From positions 10,168,001 through 10,232,000 of the forward strand of contig OZ176054.1 of NCBI GenBank assembly GCA_964247055.1: a stretch of DNA of 64,000 nt, written 5' to 3'. This stretch comes from Paragordius varius (taxonomy: Eukaryota > Animalia > Nematomorpha). Made by a program: the position numbers and the translations under genes. This document shows positions 58,855 through 64,000 of this stretch, one piece after another. Every line of letters starts with the position of its first letter. The first letter of the stretch is position 1. The notes under the pieces were generated by a model. That model worked only from the letters and a program-made list of their open reading frames with translations. It was not told the origin of the DNA and made no database searches.

Positions 58855-59500
58855 GGAAATTAATTTTGGAATATAATTAATTAATTGGAAAATATGTAGC
58901 GGAATCGTGAATAGATACTTTCTGTATTAAGAATCGACACATTTTGGTTAGTATCTAATGAAACAAAAAATTAGTTGGGTATAGTAACTGAAAATATTGT
59001 AATTTAGCGATGCCAATTTAGGAGTAATAACTCTTTATAATGAGAAAAAATGTTTTTTAGTATAAAAGGGTTTTCGAACAAAACTTTCCTATAATAGATT
59101 GTTATATCAAATTTATTGGATAGTTTCGGTCAGAATAATTTTTTGGCAGAAAAACGTACTCCTCGGGATATAATTTTAATTAATCCTATAACTGACTTTT
59201 TAAGGAGATATAAACTATAATCACCTGGAATAGATAATCCTTTTGATTCCACGAGGCCTCCAATTAAACCTGAAAGTATAAATTTTGTATACCTCCAATT
59301 GCAGTCGCTAAAATACCTAAATTTTGATTTTTAATTAAAATTCAACCTCCAACTAAGAGCCCCTCTGCGTGTTTTAATTAAAAAAATGTTAAAAATAGAT
59401 GTTACCTTTTCCAACTATAGAAATTTATCAAAACAAGATTAACATTTAACTTATAATTATTTTCATATATAATTAAATATCATACTGAGGGCTAATTTTG
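52634..59500 (-). CDS. Multi-exon host gene model (manual), possibly extracellular with FN3-like segments; product unidentified
   Basis: Phase-compatible GT-AG exons, 5'->3': 59500-59486, 59414-59406, 59364-59347, 59316-59293, 59269-59225, 58954-58919, 58771-58721, 58642-58541, 56726-56533, 54934-54817, 53404-53384, 53151-52994, (52911-52814 unresolved), 52759-52634 (ends in TGA). GTAAGT donors at 54816 and 52993. The peptide includes STFIVENLEPGDYSIMIQT (FN3-like). The larger exons are better supported than the smallest. No start codon found. Confidence 0.55.
53747..54156. mobile_element. hAT-type MITE (410 bp)
   Basis: 14-bp TIRs CAGTGGCGTACCGA / TCGGTACGCCCCTG (1 mismatch) and an 8-bp TSD CCTATATG / CCTAAATG (7/8). 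Internal direct repeat GGCGCCCGGGGCAT and a 24-nt poly-C run (53798-53821). Confidence 0.85.
55593..55861. mobile_element. Old hAT (Charlie-like) MITE
   Basis: Termini CAGGGGTGTTCAA ... TTGGCACCCCCTG with subterminal GCGGGCCG / GAGGGCCGCA motifs. The right flank ATCTAAAG fits an nTCTAnAn target, but the putative TSD matches only 5/8. Confidence 0.55.
56316..56362. repeat. (TA)n microsatellite
   Basis: Uninterrupted TA run of ~47 nt. Confidence 0.95.
58826..58852. repeat. (TA)n microsatellite
   Basis: TA run of ~27 nt. Confidence 0.9.
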
Positions 59501-60920
59501 CTAAATATAATATTATATATATATTATATAGGTTGGATAATCATATAATTTAATCAAAATAGAAATTATTGTCAAAAAGTTGTTATTTTATTTTCGTTGG
59601 AGAGATTTTCCAGTAATAATACAAAAAATGGGTATCACATCACATATAAATAAAATAAACTAGTAAGGTTGTTTTTTAATTTTCGTTATAATGAAATTCA
59701 AATTTAATAAAACAATTTATATAACTAAGCCTTAATAACTTTCGACATTTATAATATAAATCGTCCACAAAGCAAAAAATTTATATTTGAATTAAAATTA
59801 AATTAAAGATATTTTATAGTAAAAATTTATATATGGGGATTTTAAATGAATTAACTGTTTTGTTTGCCAACTCTTGCTCATTAGCCTTCACTTTTTATTG
59901 TAAAAACATATGACTCTGTTCGATTTCCTCAGAGGTAGAAAGAAAAACACGTCGTAAAAGTTATAGCTATCATTTATATTTTAAAATAAGCTTTAAAATT
60001 AAAATAATTTGTAAATTTGATAAAACATCATGTATGAAATACACTGATGCTTTAATTAGATTTTATCGGATGACAAATTCAATATACATATTTTTTAAAT
60101 TATAATAGAATATTGATTTTATATGATTTTCACACTTTAGCCGCGTGAATTATTAAATGTAGCATATTATAAATCTTAATTTATGTATTTTAATTTAATC
60201 CATTGATATGAGATAAAAAATTAAAAATTGACTTTTTAAAGTTTATTTTTCTTATGTAAAACGTGATCCCAATATTGGGTTATGAAACCAAGTAAGTTTC
60301 TCTAACCAAAAATTATAACAACCCTAAATTTGGCATGCTATTTATTATGTATATATATTATACCTTTTAAGGCGGATAAAAGAGTAGTCTTAACAGCATT
60401 TGGAATTTTTGGAAGCGATTTCGGTACTAAATAAAATAATTATTCTCTAGATATTTTGCTTAAACAATTTATTGCCACCGAATAATACACTAACTGTTTG
60501 CAATTATTGCATTCACACTAATTGTTTCTCTAATGGCAAAAACAAAATTAAATTTAAAAATATCAAGTTAAAGATCAAACATATTATGAAGATTATTGGC
60601 CTACCATTGCGATTTCAAGTAATAGTATTTCCCATTAAGCAATCATAACTCACAGTTACGCGCGTTGATTATATACTAATTAGTGCACAGAGACGAAACG
60701 CGTCTCGCACTATGACACGCGATAAACTGTCCGTAAAATGTGTGGTTTCATATAGTAACCTTTTGCTGGATAGAATGTATTATTACTTTATATTCCAATG
60801 GTAGGCCAAGAAAATTAATTTCCAATTTGCAGAAAAAAATGTGAATTTGTAATCAAGTTAAGTTGGGAAAATATATTTGAATTATCCAGGCTTTTGTTTA
60901 TCATAATTATGATGCATGAA

Positions 60921-61189
60921 TATACCATTTACAATTCAAATCCCTTAAACAATTCAAATTCACCCTCGAACAATTCAAATTCACCCTCGGACATTCAAAT
61001 CAAGAAAATTATGTTTTTTCGGGATAATAAAACTCTACATTAATATAAAATATATTTTTACGACATAGTTTATTGTTTTTTTCAGCAAAATAACAATTTT
61101 AAACAGAATTTCATTTTTTTTGAAAATACATAATTTATTTTAAGGTGAATTTAAATTGTTCGAGGGTGAATTGGATCTGTAAATGTATA
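60921..61189. mobile_element. Small MITE-like element with inverted termini and 21-bp subterminal repeats
   Basis: AACAATTCAAATTCACCCTCG occurs twice in tandem (60948-60989) and inverted at 61143-61172. Outer ends TATACCATTTACA / TGTAAATGTATA. Confidence 0.55.
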
Positions 61190-61773
61190 ACATTGGGGGA
61201 CTCAAAAAATATAATTAAATAAAACGAAAAGTAATTAAATGTTTATGGGATAAATGAGCTCGCCATAAAGAATAATATGTCTTCGGAATAGTATTTTTAC
61301 CATCTTTGTAGTTAAAAAAATTAAATAACTTTAAATAAAATTTTTCAAGGTTCGAAAACTTTAATCTTTTAGAATTTCCATAAATAAAAAGCTAAATAGT
61401 TACGATTGTTTAATATCGATTGCGAATACAAGATATATTAGCTAAATTAAAAATGTTTAAGGATTTTAAACATAAAAATTGAAATGCCAAGGTGTACATA
61501 TGATATATCGAAGGTAGAGTCTTTCGATGGGTACAAAAAACAAGTTTGTATAAATTTTTTTAAATAAATAACTACATTTCAAAAAAAATGGGATAATATA
61601 AAATTATTATATTTAATAAATGTATGGGAACTATATATATATTAAATATGCCTTTTTAGATATACCCGTTTGGAACAAAATAATTCCGAATTTGCATTTC
61701 ACTTCTCATTTATAATATTTAAATTAACTTAAGTAATATATACCTATGTTATTTCGCTTGATAAATCAATTAC

Positions 61774-62263
61774 AAATATTTTTTGTTTCTTTTGGTCGAT
61801 ATGAAAAACTTTTGCAGCCTAATATTGAGAGCGAAGTAGTAACAATCAATGGTCAATATATTTCTTTACGTAGCTATATTAAATTAAATGCTTGGAAAAA
61901 ACCTTTCTTGTTTTTTATCGAGGTCATAATTTTAAAAATTAGTTAAAAATATTGATGATATAATCACAGCGAGTATTTACTTGGGTTTCTTCCATTCCAT
62001 CTATTCTCCCTTCCATTGTATTTAGCTTTATTTAAAACAAATCAATATTGAGAATTATCAACCATAAAATATAAATAAATATATTTACGCGGCTTCGGTG
62101 GTTTAATGTGTTTATCCTTTCTTCTGTTTTTTGAGCCCTGTTTGTTATCTACATATTCATATTACGTCCGTCAATAAAAGTGATAATTTATATTTAGATA
62201 TTTGTAAAAAAATACCCTCTTCCTTAAGAACGTTTTCATTAGGTTGATTTTCCGAAATTTTAA
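61774..62263 (-). CDS. Chain of four symmetric phase-1 small exons (manual model), basic low-complexity peptide
   Basis: Exons 62263-62216 (48 nt), 62148-62089 (60), 62025-61981 (45) and 61818-61774 (45), with GT-AG introns of 67, 63 and 162 nt. Spliced: KISENQPNENVLKEEDNKQGSKNRRKDKHIKPPKPPKYNGRENRWNGRNPSCKSFSYRPKETKNI, with no stop. Confidence 0.5.
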
Positions 62264-63854
62264 CTAATAAATAAAAATAAAATTAAATTGTACTCAAAAA
62301 TATTATAAGCGACTTCTATGACCGCCAAAATATTAACGATTAAACTTTTTTGAAGTTATTGCATAAAATGAGAATATATTATTCACAGAATTCTCCTGTT
62401 GCGTTTGGCAAATGTTTCTATAACCATTTTAATAACTTAATAAAAACTGTAAAAACGTTCACAATGCTCACGGTGGGTTTAAAATAAACGCATATTCTAA
62501 TAGAAAACATATCGAAATTCTCAAATTTTGGAGTTTGCGAGTTGAAGATTGAGATTTCCTTTTTTAATAATTCCTGTGTATCATATAAACTAGCTCACAT
62601 TAAAAATTAATTTTGATGGAGTCAAATGCTTTATTCATAAAACAAAAATTATAAAATTAATTTAAAAATATCCTCATTTTTGATTGTGGGCTCCCAAACT
62701 TTTACTTTTAAAATTTCCTAAAACACGTTACTTTTATTAATAATGTCCGAAATGTCTAGAAGAATTTTGTATTAATTTTTTACATCGTAGTATTATACCC
62801 CAGAGGCATAAATTAGAATATCATATTTTAAGTAATGAGCCAAATTCAAAAACATGCTTTCTTTGGCCTTTTGCAACTAAAATATTTAAAAATAAAAAAA
62901 TGTTCGCAAGCTTGTGACCGTTATTTCTTTTGGATTTTTAAGCTTCTTTGGTCTGGAAAATGAATGTATATTATGGTTAAAAATGTTAATATGTAACTTT
63001 GGAAAGCTATAATATTCTAACACTGAATTTTTGATGATAAATTTTAATATATGCTGTTTGCTTTAATCGTGTTTTTACGCTGTCCGAAAAATCCGGGACT
63101 ATAGAAGTCAATAAACTTTAAAAATTTTAGGCTTTTATTACGAAATATAAGAAAAGAGGGTATGACAATTATATTTTGATTATAAATTTCCAACAAATCG
63201 TTAACGACTTAGAGTTTCAGCATAGAAAACTCTCTTTTTTAAATGTACACGAATATAAAAATGTAATGAAGTGTTAAAACAAAATTTTTTGCCATCTGTT
63301 ATAAATTTCTTTTTTAAATAATTTGAAGAGCAATTAAGACGCTTATAATTAATGTTAGATCCTTTTTTAATTAAATACTTATACTTAAAGGCTAACAAAT
63401 CCCTTAATTAGTACTTAATTGTTAGAAATAGCCCATAATTATTAAAAGTTTCCAACATCGTTTCCATCATGTTACCATTAAATACGCTTCAAAAAAGCGC
63501 AATTTACAAAAAATTATAATGTCATGGATCCAGTATACAATTCAAAATTCTTATCCTCATACTCTGCCCGTGTGTCATCATTTTTAAAAACAACTATTTT
63601 TGCGGCGTCCAAAAAGGTGATATTTAAAAAGACCGTCTTTTTTTAAATAAATGTAAATACTTTTTTTTAATTACTTTATCATATGTATTATTTTTTGTTT
63701 TAAAGCCTCAACTCTTTTATGATACATGTAGTCTTTGCAATTTTACGATATGGAAATACCATTAAAGTGGATTGATAATGTCTAAAATAATAAGAGCTAT
63801 GAAATTACTACATTAAACTTAAATAAAAGTATATTTTCATTTGAATTGATTTAC

Positions 63855-64000
63855 TTCGTTTTTCATCAGGCTCCTCATCAGAAGAATCAGGGTCGGGATG
63901 TGGTCGTCTATCTCGATTAGATGGTCCTAAATTTTTTAATGCAAAATCTACCAGCCTCCTCTTCAGGGTTCGTACTTTCTGCTTCTATTTCAGACACTTC
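63855..64000 (-). CDS. Two exons of an acidic low-complexity protein running in from beyond the window, separated by a 25-nt intron (63951-63927)
   Basis: Spliced reading EVSEIEAESTNPEEEAG|PSNRDRRPHPDPDSSDEEPDEKR, followed by a GTAAAT donor at 63854. The unspliced reading hits TAA. Confidence 0.6.

Noticed and set aside
58919-59316. Homopolymer-frameshift versions of longer exons in this region
   Set aside because: Alternative GT-AG sites give a fully in-frame model without invoking indels, so that model was preferred; it is still unproven.
60690-60706. Hammerhead-like GACGAAACGCGTC
   Set aside because: No CTGANGA core upstream, so it is not a hammerhead.
55393-63398. ORFs 50486-50668, 55393-55695, 61746-61946 and 63201-63398 as standalone genes
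   Set aside because: No motifs. 55393-55695 runs through a MITE and 61746-61946 is antisense to a candidate exon.

Overview
This is eukaryotic, very AT-rich DNA, and no RNA genes or prokaryotic features are recognisable. About 43 kb is one ~79-82 bp satellite, itself built from four ~20-bp subrepeats, in three blocks: 1-27720 (forward), 31673-41296 (inverted) and 44599-~50160 (forward, decaying towards the array edge). Both orientation switches coincide with retroelements. The first switch is a Penelope-like element (27721-31672; RT plus GIY-YIG, disrupted). It carries three copies of a ~153-bp pseudo-LTR, each with a minimal hammerhead ribozyme motif. It forms the centre of a multi-kb palindrome: its 3' part is duplicated in inverted orientation together with the same variant-marked satellite flank. 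The second switch is a near full-length, disrupted RTE/BovB-type LINE (~41720-44598). From 50.2 to 64 kb the sequence is non-satellite: an RTE fragment, several MITE-like elements, and minus-strand exon chains that I read by eye. These include runs of symmetric phase-1 micro-exons (9-60 nt) and apparent 23-30 nt introns. The many short satellite 'ORFs' in the track are artefacts. All alignments and gene models were made by eye, so boundaries inside the satellite are approximate.
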